Below, piece by piece: positions 9,908-20,148 of a stretch of DNA of 64,000 nucleotides. The stretch comes from an uncultured Gemmatimonadaceae bacterium. GTDB lineage: Bacteria > Gemmatimonadota > Gemmatimonadetes > Gemmatimonadales > Gemmatimonadaceae. The notes under the pieces were generated by a model. The model was not told the DNA's origin. It saw only the letters and a program-made list of their open reading frames with translations, and ran no database searches. The DNA is taken from NCBI GenBank assembly GCA_963790305.1, contig CAWBOC010000002.1:184915-248914 (forward strand), given 5' to 3'. The number at the start of each line of letters is the position of its first letter. Position 1 is the first letter of the stretch. A program made the position numbers and the translations under genes.

Positions 9908-10672
9908 ATGCGCCGGTCTCCCTTCCTTGGATTGCTGTCCGTCGCACTGATCGCGGCCCTCCCCCTTGGCTGCGGCGACGACGGCCCCACCGCCCTCGAT
10001 GATAGCACGGACGGCCCGACGAGCCCGCAGGGGCCGCAGGCGGTGCCTCCGAATCTGGCGCCCACCGCTGTCGCCGGACCAGATCAGGCTGCGGAGTGCG
10101 CGTCGCACGCGGGCTCGAGCGTCACCCTCACCAGCGCCGGCTCGGGCGACAGCGACGGTCAAATTGCGCTGTACGAGTGGTTCGAGAACGGGAAGCGCAT
10201 CGCGACCGGTCCCACGCCGACAGTCACGCTCGCGTTCGGCGAGCACACGATTCTGCTTCGCACGACCGACGACGACGGCGGGACGAACGACGACGTCGTG
10301 GTCGTCGCCATCCGGGACACGCAGGCCCCGACGGTCTCCATGGTGGTGAGCCCCACGAGCCTCTGGCCGCCTAACCACACCATGCACGTCGTGGCGCGCG
10401 GCGCCTCCGCGAGCGATGTCTGCGACCCCGCACCGGCGCTGCACTTCGCCATCACCAGCGATGAGGCTGCCAATGGGCTTGGCGACGGGGACACCGCGCC
10501 CGATTGGGCGGTTCAGGCCGCTGGAGCGTCGGTAGCGGACGTGCTCGTGCGCGCGGAGCGTAGCGGCCTGGGGGACGGCCGCCTCTACACGATCAGCGCG
10601 AGCGCGACCGATCGCGCAGGCAACAGCTCGGCCGCGGCAGTTGGCACGGTGACGGTGCCGCACAACCAGTAG
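9908..10672 (+). CDS. Lipoprotein with PKD-like/Ig-like domains
   Basis: Lipobox LPLGC; APTAVAGPDQ..SGDSDGQIALYEW (PKD-like); LWPPNH..RAERSG..DGRLYTI module. Confidence 0.8.
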   Translation: MRRSPFLGLLSVALIAALPLGCGDDGPTALDDSTDGPTSPQGPQAVPPNLAPTAVAGPDQAAECASHAGSSVTLTSAGSGDSDGQIALYEWFENGKRIATGPTPTVTLAFGEHTILLRTTDDDGGTNDDVVVVAIRDTQAPTVSMVVSPTSLWPPNHTMHVVARGASASDVCDPAPALHFAITSDEAANGLGDGDTAPDWAVQAAGASVADVLVRAERSGLGDGRLYTISASATDRAGNSSAAAVGTVTVPHNQ

Positions 10673-10675
10673 CCG

Positions 10676-11479
10676 TCACGGCACCGAGTCGAGCACGCGC
10701 CGCTTTCCCATCGCATCAATGTCGAACGCGACGGCCTGGCGCCGTCGCGCTTCGGCGCCGCGAACCGTCGCCAGGGCTGTGTAGTACTCCAGGTACGCGA
10801 ACGACGAGATTCCCCCTCGCACGAACTCGTAGCTCGTCACCAGCTCGCGCCACTTGGCGAGCTGATCGCTGACGTCGACGTACAGGTACGCCTGAAACTG
10901 CTCGGCGTCTTCCCAGTTTTCCGCATACCAGAGACGCGTGCCACAATGCGCGGGCTCACCCTTCGAGCCCGCCTGGATCGCCGCCAGCAGCACCGCGTCG
11001 ACCACGATGGCGTGCGCGGCCGCGTGATCGCGGTGAATGCTCTCCCGCCAATGCGTGATGATGAGCGTCGGCTTCACCTGACGGATGACGTCGGCGACGT
11101 AGCGCCTGGCCTCGTCGGTGTTGGGCACTTCGCCATCGCGATACGGGGCGAAGATGACCTCCCCGCCTAACTGGCTCGCGGCTGCCTCCGCTTCCTTACG
11201 CTTCTGCGCGCCGTAGGCGGCGGCGGCGAGCTTGGGATTCCCGCGCTCGCCGAGGCTCAGGTGGAGAATGACGACGCGGTCGCCGAGCTGCCGCTGCTTG
11301 AGGAGCACCGCACCGGCAGTGAGCTCCATGTCGCCGGCGTGCGCGCCGACCGCCAGGATCGTTCGTGGGGCCTGCTGCGCAACCGCCGACGGCGCAAGCA
11401 GGCCGAGCACAAAGAGGGGAGCGAGGAACGAGGACGCAGCAATGCGCTTCCTTCCCCGTTCCTCACTCCTCGTTCTCAT
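10676..11479 (-). CDS. PIG-L/LmbE family deacetylase, exported
   Basis: ILAVGAHAGDME, LSLGERG, RKEAEAAA, IITHW..HRDH; hydrophobic segment ending AVA-QQ; start uncertain. Confidence 0.85.
   Translation of the reverse strand: MRTRSEERGRKRIAASSFLAPLFVLGLLAPSAVAQQAPRTILAVGAHAGDMELTAGAVLLKQRQLGDRVVILHLSLGERGNPKLAAAAYGAQKRKEAEAAASQLGGEVIFAPYRDGEVPNTDEARRYVADVIRQVKPTLIITHWRESIHRDHAAAHAIVVDAVLLAAIQAGSKGEPAHCGTRLWYAENWEDAEQFQAYLYVDVSDQLAKWRELVTSYEFVRGGISSFAYLEYYTALATVRGAEARRRQAVAFDIDAMGKRRVLDSVP
11414..11477. repeat. Degenerate inverted tandem-heptamer palindrome (GAGGAAC)n within the 5' end of the PIG-L gene
   Basis: gaggggagcgaggaacgaggacg ... cttccccgttcctcactcctcgttctc. Confidence 0.6.
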
Positions 11480-11556
11480 GAGAACAGGACCTCGCATCCC
11501 GCGGCGTTCGTGCACATCGGCACCAGCTCGATTCCGCGATAGGCTCACGGAGATGC

Positions 11557-11976
11557 TCAGAAACCTTCGGGCTCGAAGTTGGCCACGAGATATGCGATGA
11601 CCGCTACGGGCACCATCGCGAACAACGTCGCCTTCCCGTCGAGGCGTCGACGATGCACACGATCGGGTGCATCCGGGAGATAGCTGGTGCGACCCCGGAG
11701 TGCGTGCTCTCCGTGCGGCCGTTCGGCAGAGACGAGGTAGCTCTCACCCAGCACGAGTGTATCGCCGCGAAGAGCTACGACGCGTCCCATCACCGCGCTG
11801 ACACTCCGATATGTTGCCGGGCCGCTGTCCGTCACGATCGATAGAGGGGTAGTCGTGGGAACGTCGATCCGAACTCGCGATCCTGGTGAGAGGTCACCGG
11901 CGGTGGCGGGGACGTAATGATGGCAGCCGGTGAACAGTGCCATCATGACGACGGCGGTTAGCCAACGTCGAGGCAT
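11557..11976 (-). CDS. Hypothetical lipoprotein with C-terminal hydrophobic helix
   Basis: RBS GGAGGT, lipobox FTGC, C-terminal LFAMVPVAVIAYLV. Confidence 0.7.
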   Translation of the reverse strand: MPRRWLTAVVMMALFTGCHHYVPATAGDLSPGSRVRIDVPTTTPLSIVTDSGPATYRSVSAVMGRVVALRGDTLVLGESYLVSAERPHGEHALRGRTSYLPDAPDRVHRRRLDGKATLFAMVPVAVIAYLVANFEPEGF

Positions 11977-12021
11977 CGATACCTCCCGTTAGGGTTACAG
12001 TGCCAATGTACAGACCCCGCG

Positions 12022-13410
12022 TCACCGTACCCAGTCATTCACGCGCAGGTCCGGCATGGTCCCCACCGTGGCGAGAAGCGTGTCGAGATCCTTTCGCTGG
12101 AACAGCCTGCCGCGCAAGAGGACCGCGGCGATGCGCCGGGTGTTGGTGATGTCGTCGAGAGGATTGGCGTCCAGCAGGACGAGATCCGCGACCTTGCCCG
12201 CCGCGATCGTCCCCACCGAGTCGGCGAGGCCCAGCCACTCGGCCGGCTTCCGCGTCGCGCTCTGGAGCGCTTCGAGCGGACTCATCCCGACCGAGTCGAC
12301 GAACAGGCGGAGCTCCTCGTGCAGCGACAGGCCCGGGAAAATGTTCAGCACTGCGACATCGGATCCGGCCATGATCCGTACCCCGGCCTCGCGCATCTCG
12401 CGCATGTGCTTGAGCGCGATGGGCCATGCGCGGTCGAAGTATTCCCGTCGCTGCGGTGTGATTTCCTCGACCTGCTCGCGCCAGTCGAGAATCATGAAGC
12501 GGGAGAGGTACGGCCGCAGCGGGTGCGTGCCCCGGGTCGTGTCGGACACGAGCGCGCGAAAGTAATCCAGTGGACGGAACACCGACTCGGTGGCGACGAC
12601 CATCGTCGGCACCACGCCGACATCGCGAGCGGAGAGCTGCCGCCAAAAAGCCATTCGCTCCTCACGCGGCAGCGAGTCGAGCGCGATCGGGAAACCATGC
12701 TCGGCGCCATCCTGGCCCGCCTCGAGGAACTCCGCGGGAGAGGTGGTCACCACGTGTCCCACCAACCGCTTCCCATGCGCGTGTGCGGCGGCAGCCAACG
12801 CCAGGTACGTCGCACGGTCCTGCACCGTGCGGATCTTGAAGTGATCGATCTCGAGCGCGGCCAGCGAGTCGATGACCCGACGGGCGTCGTTAGGTGATGC
12901 GACGGGAACGCGGGCGCGCTCGAACGGCTCGACGCGCTCTTCGGGCGGGTCGCGACGCATGCGCTCGATGTTCCGGAGCGATTCGAGATACGGTCCCGCG
13001 ATCAGCATCCGCGGCCCGACGCGCCCACCGGTCCGGATCTCCCGTCGCCAGCGCAGCACTTCGGCGTGCTCGCTCCCCTGGTCGCGTATGGTCGTCACGC
13101 CGTGCACGACGAACAGTCCCAGCGCCGAGGCGCGGCTCTTCGAGGTGTGGGCATGCATCTCGAAGAGACCCGGGATCAGGAATTTGCCAGTGCCATCCAC
13201 GACGACCGCGTCCGACGGAGCGCTCACATCCGCCGCCGAGCCGATCTCGGCGATTCGGCCGTCGCGCACCACTACGGTCTGGCCCGCAGCCACGCCCGCT
13301 CCGGTCATGGGGATAACCGTCACGTTGCGAATGGCGAGAGACGTCTGCCGTGCGGCACACCCCGACAGACCAGCGAGCGCGATGGTGAAGACCACGACGT
13401 GTCGGATCAC
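12022..13410 (-). CDS. Amidohydrolase family lipoprotein
   Basis: DGTGKFLIPGLFEMHAH, GVTTIRD, MAGSD, GTIAAGKVADLVLLDANPL. Confidence 0.92.
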   Translation of the reverse strand: MIRHVVVFTIALAGLSGCAARQTSLAIRNVTVIPMTGAGVAAGQTVVVRDGRIAEIGSAADVSAPSDAVVVDGTGKFLIPGLFEMHAHTSKSRASALGLFVVHGVTTIRDQGSEHAEVLRWRREIRTGGRVGPRMLIAGPYLESLRNIERMRRDPPEERVEPFERARVPVASPNDARRVIDSLAALEIDHFKIRTVQDRATYLALAAAAHAHGKRLVGHVVTTSPAEFLEAGQDGAEHGFPIALDSLPREERMAFWRQLSARDVGVVPTMVVATESVFRPLDYFRALVSDTTRGTHPLRPYLSRFMILDWREQVEEITPQRREYFDRAWPIALKHMREMREAGVRIMAGSDVAVLNIFPGLSLHEELRLFVDSVGMSPLEALQSATRKPAEWLGLADSVGTIAAGKVADLVLLDANPLDDITNTRRIAAVLLRGRLFQRKDLDTLLATVGTMPDLRVNDWVR

Positions 13411-14261
13411 AACGCTCCCCCTTCGAGGGTCTTACTCGCGATCACCAGCAGGTGTGCGCTACAGCCGATCACCGATTGCTCCGTCTCCAGGAGTCGCGCC
13501 ACGTGCAGAAGGGCGGCGCGCTGATCTGCATTTGCCCAGCGGTCAACGAAATCAGGCAGAATCCAGCCCGGCCCCTCAACACCATAGACTCCATGCACCG
13601 CGAGGCCCGCTTGCTCCGCTTCCGCACGCAAGTCTTCGGGCGGATGGAAGTAGGCGGTCGTGAAGTAGTCGATGCGCTCAGTGGCATTGCGGTGTTGTCC
13701 GTCTCGAACATCGCGCTCGACGATGCTCGCAAAGCGGGCATCGGCGAAGAGGTTGCGTGAGAGACCGTCGAGCGCTGACGCCCATCTCGAGATGCCGGCC
13801 GCGATGAGCACGCCACCGGGCTGAAGCACGCGGGCCGCCTCTCGTAGCGCCGCGTGCCGGTCGGTCGCGTCGACAAGATGGTAAAGCGGGCCGAGCAGGA
13901 GCACGAGTGCGGCGGTGGCGTCGGCGAATGGCAGCCCGCGTGCATCGCCCACGCGGCACGAGGCGAGTGGGGGATTCGCGTGTGCGTTGCGACGGCGTGC
14001 TTCGTCCACCAGGCGCGGGACAGCGTCGATGAGATGGACCGTGTACCCACGCTCGGCCATCCAAAAGGCGTAGGGGCCCGCCGCGCCGCCAATGTCGAGC
14101 ACTGTCGCGGGCGCGGGCGGGGCGTGGCGCTCGATCAGCTCACGCGTCCGCGCTTCTTCGAGCTGGAAGGGCCCCTGCGCGAGGCGGGATTCTTCGGGCG
14201 TGCGGTCATAGAAGGCGGCAATGGCGGGATCGAGGCCCGCAGGCGGTTGCTCGGCCATCAC
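13407..14261 (-). CDS. Class I SAM-dependent methyltransferase
   Basis: VLDIGGAAG, GDARGL, LLLGPLYHL, RVLQPGG. Confidence 0.9.
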   Translation of the reverse strand: MMAEQPPAGLDPAIAAFYDRTPEESRLAQGPFQLEEARTRELIERHAPPAPATVLDIGGAAGPYAFWMAERGYTVHLIDAVPRLVDEARRRNAHANPPLASCRVGDARGLPFADATAALVLLLGPLYHLVDATDRHAALREAARVLQPGGVLIAAGISRWASALDGLSRNLFADARFASIVERDVRDGQHRNATERIDYFTTAYFHPPEDLRAEAEQAGLAVHGVYGVEGPGWILPDFVDRWANADQRAALLHVARLLETEQSVIGCSAHLLVIASKTLEGGAL

Positions 14262-15058
14262 AGTGGAGGGTGGCGATCGATGCCCACTTCTCGGCGGGCG
14301 AGTAGGGCTCCGTTCTCCCGATGGAAAAGGAGAAGTCGACGCGATCGGGTCGATCCGGACGATCCGGACGATGCGAAGGCGACGGTATCACCCCGTATTG
14401 CGATCGAGTCTATCACGTTGAAATGACCGGACTGATAATCGTAGAGATCGCGCACGCTCCAATCATAGACGCCGGTCTCGAGATTCACCCGACCAACAAA
14501 TCCCATTGCCGACACGTAGGCGGCGTTGCCGTCGATGAGGGGTGGGCCGATGTTGAAGCTCGGTATGTGCGCGTGCCACCGTTGTCGAAGCGTCCGCCTC
14601 TCGAGGCGTGTAACCGTGGCGGCTCCGCTCTCGCCGTCGGTGATCTGGAAGGCGAGAAGCACATCGCCCGCGAGTGTGCGCACCAGAAGTAGTTCCATCG
14701 CCATGCTCGCCGTGTCCTGCCAATCGAGCTTGAACGGTTGTGCCGCGTCTGCATTCACGCGAAGGCCCCTGCCATCGCGCTCGAGTTGGTAAATCCCGTC
14801 GGAGAGAGCGAAGCAAAACCGTTCGGGCTCCACCTGCGGATCGGTCCCACGGCCAATCGCTGCGTGAAAGGCGAGCGTGTCGCCTGGTGGAAGCGAATCA
14901 ATGGTCGGGCAGTCGAGTGCGCTCGTCGACTGAGGGGTTTCGCTCGCGACAGCCGTGGTGACTGGCGTGTCGGGCCGGTCCGCAGATTTGGATGAATCGC
15001 TGCGGGGGCAGCCGATCAGGAATGCCAATATTGCGACGAGGCGCGTGACCAAGGGCAC
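14258..15058 (-). CDS. Hypothetical lipoprotein (C-terminal beta-propeller-like repeats)
   Basis: Lipobox LIGC; GRVNLETGVYDW; 4-nt overlap with the downstream gene. Confidence 0.65.
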   Translation of the reverse strand: MPLVTRLVAILAFLIGCPRSDSSKSADRPDTPVTTAVASETPQSTSALDCPTIDSLPPGDTLAFHAAIGRGTDPQVEPERFCFALSDGIYQLERDGRGLRVNADAAQPFKLDWQDTASMAMELLLVRTLAGDVLLAFQITDGESGAATVTRLERRTLRQRWHAHIPSFNIGPPLIDGNAAYVSAMGFVGRVNLETGVYDWSVRDLYDYQSGHFNVIDSIAIRGDTVAFASSGSSGSTRSRRLLLFHRENGALLARREVGIDRHPPL

Positions 15059-15130
15059 CCTGCTTCGGAGCGGGGGTCGGGAAGCCTGATCGTCGTCACC
15101 TTAACGGCCCCTCGCTCTCAATGCCACCCT

Positions 15131-17335
15131 TCAGTAGCGATAGTAGTCCACCGCTATCCTGAGTCCGCCGGCGGGGTCGCGACGCCAGATCACGAGAAAC
15201 TCCACCACCGACGTGCGATCGCCGTTCGGCCCGGTCGTCACGAGCGTCGACCGCCCGATCTGATACGGATTGTCGGGGTGTCCGCCGACGTCGATCACGT
15301 CGAGCTTCCAGGACTTGGCGTTGCGGATGCCGGTCCAATACTTGTCCACCGCTGCACGCCCCTGGACGAGCTCGCCACGTTCGCCGTCGATGCGCGCGTC
15401 GTCGGTATAGAAGCGAGCGACGGCGAGCATGTCGCCCGAGTTGAATGCGGCGACCATGGAGTCGTTGACAGCCTGGATCTCGGCGCGCAGGGCCGGATTC
15501 TGCACCGGCGCACGCACGACAGGTGAGGTCGCGGTAGGCGGACGCTCGCCGCGCTCCGCATGCGAAAACTCCCAGAGCACGTTCACGATCTTCCATTCCC
15601 CGTTCACGCGCGCGAGGTGCATGAGGTCGATCCAGTCCGTCATCCGTGCGCGCACACTCGCTGCGTTGCCGAAGATCTCGAGTATTTCGATTTCACGTCG
15701 ACGCAGCGCCTCTGGCGTCTCCTTGCCCCAGCCGCGCCGAGTTCCCTGAACCAGAGTCATCGCCGTCTGGTTCTCCATGCGGTTCGCACCGCGCTCGGGG
15801 TCGGGCCGCCAGATGCGCTTGGCCAGGTCGGCATGAACGGCGCGCTCCATCCGCGCGGCGTCGCCGGTGTACCAGCCATCCACGTAGTCCAGCGCGGCGG
15901 CTCTGATCGCCGCACTATCGACCGACGCGCCCGTCATGGGAACGCGCTCCAGCACCTGCCAGGAGCCCCACGTCAGGTGCGTGATGCGTCCGAGTGAGTC
16001 CTCGCGAAATCCGAACCGTCGCGCGCCATCCTCACTCGTGAAGAGGCGTGGACTGACCTCCACGAACTTGGCGCCGAATGCCGACAGCGTTCCGTCCTGG
16101 TTGGCGAGGACGTCAGTCTCGAACACCGGCCGGGGACTGGCGCAGGTATGACAGACGATGTTGCCACGATAGTGGCCCGCATAACGAGCGACCGCGCGGG
16201 CCGCGGCTTCCCGCGACGGGTGCATCGAGACCGGGCGCGTGCCAGCGCCTGGATTCCGCACCGGCGCAACGCGATCGAGCACCGCACGCGTGACCGTGTG
16301 GCGGAGATTGCTCCCCTCACGGTGGCCGGCGACGAACACGCCGAGCTTCCGCGCTGGCAACAGCGTAAGGAGCGAGGAGAAGCCGGCAACGTCGCCGCCG
16401 TGCTGTACACCCCGCTCGTCGTTTCCTCGCTGGATCTGCTGCCACCCGAGCCCATAACCGGGGAGCATCGGATGCATCGTGACCTGCTCGCGCTGCATCT
16501 CGCGAGTCATCCGCTCACTCAAGATCGCGCTGCGTCCCCCGAGCTGTGCGACCATGAAGCGCGCCATGTCCAACGCCGTGCTGTTGACCGATGACGCTGG
16601 CGTCGTGTGATACCATTCCCACGGCGCACGTACGGCGCTGTCCCCTTCGACGTCGTAAGGTATTGCCGTCTGCGAGCGAAAGGCCTCCGCGACCGTGATC
16701 GACGTCCGCGTCATGGCGAGCGGGCGCCAGATGCTGTCGACGAGATAGCGCTCGAAAGGGAGTCCCGAGACATCCTCGACGATGACGCCGGCCAGCGCGA
16801 TTCCGTACGTCGAGTACGCCGTCGCCGCGCCCGGTGGCGCGTACTGCACGAGCCGCGGGCGGAGATATTCCCGTAACGGCTGGAGGCTCGCCTCTCCGTC
16901 CGCGAGCGGACCCGGGCGGATCTCGTCCAGGGCCGCCGTGTGCGTCAGCAGATGCCGAACGGTCGTCGGCGTGCGATAGCGCGACCGGATCCGCAGGTCG
17001 CGCAGATAGGTGTTGACGCCGGAGTCGAAGTGGATGCGTCCGCGATCGGCCAGCTGCGCGACCGCAACGGCGGTCATGACCTTGCTGATCGATCCGATGC
17101 GGACAATCGTCGAGTCGGTCATCGGGCGCCGGCTCTCGATGTCGGCGAGGCCGTAGCCTTTCGAGAAGATCACTCGCCCACCATTCACCACCGTCACCAC
17201 CGCGCCCGGAATCCGCTCGGCGGCCATCGCCGCTGGCACAACCGAATCCAGCAGCGATCCCAAACCGGATGGGCTCTGCGCCGACGCGGCCCGCGTCAGG
17301 CAGCAGACGAGAAGAGCAGCGCTAAGCTTTGTCAT
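15131..17335 (-). CDS. Serine hydrolase (beta-lactamase/AmpC-like family) fused to two C-terminal NTF2-like domains
   Basis: SISK, HLLTHTA, YST, HGGD motifs; then AAIRAAALDYVDGWYTGD (lumazine-binding-like) and a DUF4440/SnoaL-like domain. Confidence 0.88.
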   Translation of the reverse strand: MTKLSAALLVCCLTRAASAQSPSGLGSLLDSVVPAAMAAERIPGAVVTVVNGGRVIFSKGYGLADIESRRPMTDSTIVRIGSISKVMTAVAVAQLADRGRIHFDSGVNTYLRDLRIRSRYRTPTTVRHLLTHTAALDEIRPGPLADGEASLQPLREYLRPRLVQYAPPGAATAYSTYGIALAGVIVEDVSGLPFERYLVDSIWRPLAMTRTSITVAEAFRSQTAIPYDVEGDSAVRAPWEWYHTTPASSVNSTALDMARFMVAQLGGRSAILSERMTREMQREQVTMHPMLPGYGLGWQQIQRGNDERGVQHGGDVAGFSSLLTLLPARKLGVFVAGHREGSNLRHTVTRAVLDRVAPVRNPGAGTRPVSMHPSREAAARAVARYAGHYRGNIVCHTCASPRPVFETDVLANQDGTLSAFGAKFVEVSPRLFTSEDGARRFGFREDSLGRITHLTWGSWQVLERVPMTGASVDSAAIRAAALDYVDGWYTGDAARMERAVHADLAKRIWRPDPERGANRMENQTAMTLVQGTRRGWGKETPEALRRREIEILEIFGNAASVRARMTDWIDLMHLARVNGEWKIVNVLWEFSHAERGERPPTATSPVVRAPVQNPALRAEIQAVNDSMVAAFNSGDMLAVARFYTDDARIDGERGELVQGRAAVDKYWTGIRNAKSWKLDVIDVGGHPDNPYQIGRSTLVTTGPNGDRTSVVEFLVIWRRDPAGGLRIAVDYYRY

Positions 17336-17427
17336 GCCACAACTTCAGCGGCGGCTCACCTACGCAACAGATGGAATGGGATGAACTGGCCTCGCCGTGG
17401 AGCAAGCAGCAAAGCAACGGCTTCTTG

Positions 17428-17497
17428 AACGCAGAGGACGCAGAGGCGCAGAGGACGCAGAGGGAACAACCTCCGCGTCCTCCGCGTCCTCTGCGTT
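17428..17497. repeat. Inverted tandem-nonamer palindrome, (GAGGACGCA)n
   Basis: aacgcagaggacgcagaggcgcagaggacgcagagg-gaacaa-cctccgcgtcctccgcgtcctctgcgtt. Confidence 0.9.
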
Positions 17498-17511
17498 AAA
17501 AAAAAGGCTCC

Positions 17512-18228
17512 TCACTTTGCCTTCAGAAGCATCCGGAGCTTGGAGCTGTGCGTCCGACTCGAGGTGATTCGGGAACCATCCTTCATCGTCAGCACGTACT
17601 GGCCGTGCACATGCGGCTCGAGGGTCGCGACGCAATCCACGTTGACGATCGCGGAACGATGCACGCGGACGAACCTGCTCGGATCGAGCCTCGCCTCCAC
17701 GGATTTCAGCGTCTCCCGGACGAGATGCCGCCGCCCGCCGCTATGCAGGCGTGCGTAGTTCCCTTCGCCGGCGATCCACTCCACATCGGCAGCGCGCACG
17801 AGCGTCACCTTCGACGCCGAGCGCACGACGAATCGCGCCTCGGGTCGCGGACGCTCGCTGACGCGGGCGCGCGCGCGCGCCAGCGCTGCGCGGAACCGCG
17901 CGCGATCGAATGGCTTGAGGAGGTAGTCGACCGCGCTCACGTCGAACGCGCGGAGCGCGTACCCATCGTAGGCCGTCACCACGACGATGAAGGGCCGCTC
18001 CTCGGGAGTGAGCCGGGATTCGAGCAGCTGCACGAGACTGAACCCGTCCATCTCGGGCATCTGGACGTCGAGGAAGAGCACCTGCGGCGCCGATTCGAGG
18101 ATTCCCGTCAGCGCTTCCTCGCCTGTGCAGTACTCGCCGACGAGCGTGACGTCGGCCTCGTCGGCCACCAGCGCACGGATTCGTTCGCGTCCCAGGGGCT
18201 CGTCGTCGACCAGTGCGACGCGCAGCAT
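17512..18228 (-). CDS. LytTR-family response regulator
   Basis: LVDDE, FLDVQMP, DYLLKP receiver; FVRVHRSAIVN LytTR domain. Confidence 0.95.
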   Translation of the reverse strand: MLRVALVDDEPLGRERIRALVADEADVTLVGEYCTGEEALTGILESAPQVLFLDVQMPEMDGFSLVQLLESRLTPEERPFIVVVTAYDGYALRAFDVSAVDYLLKPFDRARFRAALARARARVSERPRPEARFVVRSASKVTLVRAADVEWIAGEGNYARLHSGGRRHLVRETLKSVEARLDPSRFVRVHRSAIVNVDCVATLEPHVHGQYVLTMKDGSRITSSRTHSSKLRMLLKAK

Positions 18229-18229
18229 C

Positions 18230-19318
18230 TCAGGCGGCGGCTGTGCGGAAGGGGATGTCGACGGCGACGAGCAACCCGCCCTCCTCGCCATTGGTGAGCT
18301 GGAGCGAGTGATCCGCGCCGTACCGCTCGCGCAGCCGCTCCCGCGTATTCGTTAGGCCGATCCCCTCGCGCGGAAAGCCGTTGCCCTGAAGGGCGGCGCC
18401 AGGACCGTCGTCCGAGACTGACAGGTGGAGACGCTCGCCGTCTCGCCTGGCCTGAATCGTCACGCGGCCACACCCCTGACGGGATCCGATGCCGTGCTGC
18501 AGCGCGTTCTCGACCAGCGGCTGGAGCACGAACCGCGGCACGAGCGCGCCATTTGTCTCGGTCGCGATCCGCACGTCGAGCGTGAGACGGTCCTCGAATC
18601 GCACCCGCGCGATGTCGAGGTACGCGTCCAGCAGCTCCAGTTCCTCGGCCAGCGGAACCTCGGGGCGGTCGCGACCGTCCAGCGTACGGCGCAGCAGATC
18701 GCCGAGGCGCGCGAGCATGGTGTCGGCCGCTTCGACGTCGCGGTGCATGAGCGTCGAGATGGCGTGCAGCGTATTGAACAGGAAGTGCGGCTGTAGCTGC
18801 GCCGTCAGTGTCTCGAGGCGCGCTTCGGCCAGCCGGGTCTCGAGGCGTGCGGCGCGCGCGGTGTCCTCCATGGCGCGGTGGTTGAACTCGACGGCATGGA
18901 TGACCGCGAACATGGCGGCGAATGCCATGAACTCGGTGACGATGTTGCCGACGATCAGGTTGCCGACGACGGCGCTGCGGTAGTCGGGGATGAGCCACCC
19001 GACGATCGCCGCGTACATGAAGTACTTGATCGGGACACACGCGAGCGCGACGACCATCTGCACGCCCACCGAGCGCCACCAGCGAGCGCGCTCCCACGGG
19101 ATCGCGCGCACGACCCAGAAGAACAACGGGGTAAAGATCGCGCACGTGTACCAGTCGGCGAGGCGGTCGATCACCACCTGCGACCACGGTACGGGACGAC
19201 CGTCGCGCATGAAGTAGATGGACGTCTGGGCCGCCGAGAGCAGCCCGAGCACGGTCCAGATGGCGAAGCCGAGTAGCCACCGGAGCGAGCGGCGGCCCGG
19301 TGCGGCAGGAGGAGACAT
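18230..19318 (-). CDS. LytS-like membrane sensor histidine kinase
   Basis: N-terminal TM helices; AQLQPHFLFNTL, LQPLVENALQHG, DDGPG, GIGLTNTRERL. Confidence 0.94.
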   Translation of the reverse strand: MSPPAAPGRRSLRWLLGFAIWTVLGLLSAAQTSIYFMRDGRPVPWSQVVIDRLADWYTCAIFTPLFFWVVRAIPWERARWWRSVGVQMVVALACVPIKYFMYAAIVGWLIPDYRSAVVGNLIVGNIVTEFMAFAAMFAVIHAVEFNHRAMEDTARAARLETRLAEARLETLTAQLQPHFLFNTLHAISTLMHRDVEAADTMLARLGDLLRRTLDGRDRPEVPLAEELELLDAYLDIARVRFEDRLTLDVRIATETNGALVPRFVLQPLVENALQHGIGSRQGCGRVTIQARRDGERLHLSVSDDGPGAALQGNGFPREGIGLTNTRERLRERYGADHSLQLTNGEEGGLLVAVDIPFRTAAA

Positions 19319-19401
19319 CCCGAAAGAATCTGACCGGCGAGCGGGGCGAGGCAAGCACTGCTCATCCCGTCGGACGGCCACTTCGTCTCAGGCGCGCCGG
19401 C

Positions 19402-20148
19402 TTACCTCCAGATGGAAGCGGCGGCGAGGCTGGCGCGCTCCCTCCACCGTTGCTCGTTCACGCCGGCGATGAGAAGCCAGAGGATAGTGGCTATCGCGCC
19501 CAGGAAGCCAACTCCGGCAACGACAGGGAACAGTCGCATGCCCAGCGGGGGCGACAGAAACGTCAGCCAACCCACGCTTCCGATCAACGTCAGGACACCG
19601 AGGAAGCGAGGCAGAAAGGTCGATTTGAAGACGAGGTATCCCTTCACGATTCCATAGAATCCGAAAAACGCGAGCGCCATTCCGGCGGCCTGATCGTTCA
19701 CCCGCAGGAATACGAGCGCGAGGGCATTCAGCTGGTCGGCATTGAATGCGCTCAGGGCCTGTGAGTTACCGCCGAGGACGAGCAGCGGCGCGAAGTAGAA
19801 AAGCCGACTGAGCGTCTTGATCGTGCAACCGACGAGACTGAAGACCGCCGCGAGGAGGGAAGCGCTTCTGCTGACCGGCTTGAGCAGGTAGTAGAAGAGC
19901 ACCGTCATTGCGATCTGGGCGGCCATCTCGACGAGGTAGATGGTGAACCCGAGCTGGAAGAGCGGCCTCTGCGTCGTGATGTTGGCCGCGGTGGCGGCGG
20001 CGTCGCCCGCTACCACGAGCCGTTCGCTGATGAACAACTGGGCGACGATGCCTCCCACGATCGTGAGCAGGTAGAACACGCCCGTGATTCGGGCCATGGT
20101 TCGGGGCGAGAGCTCGGCAATCCCTTTCATCGCAACGGGTGCACTCAT
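19402..20148 (-). CDS. DUF4386-family membrane protein
   Basis: ARITGVFYLLTI, GDAAATAANI, LFYYLLKPVSR, KSTFLPRFLG, LWLLIAGVN. Confidence 0.82.
   Translation of the reverse strand: MSAPVAMKGIAELSPRTMARITGVFYLLTIVGGIVAQLFISERLVVAGDAAATAANITTQRPLFQLGFTIYLVEMAAQIAMTVLFYYLLKPVSRSASLLAAVFSLVGCTIKTLSRLFYFAPLLVLGGNSQALSAFNADQLNALALVFLRVNDQAAGMALAFFGFYGIVKGYLVFKSTFLPRFLGVLTLIGSVGWLTFLSPPLGMRLFPVVAGVGFLGAIATILWLLIAGVNEQRWRERASLAAASIWR

Noticed and set aside
14340..14372. gatccggac tandem inside a CDS as another repeat-family member
   Set aside because: Only about two units with no inverted partner; explained by an SSG-SSG peptide.
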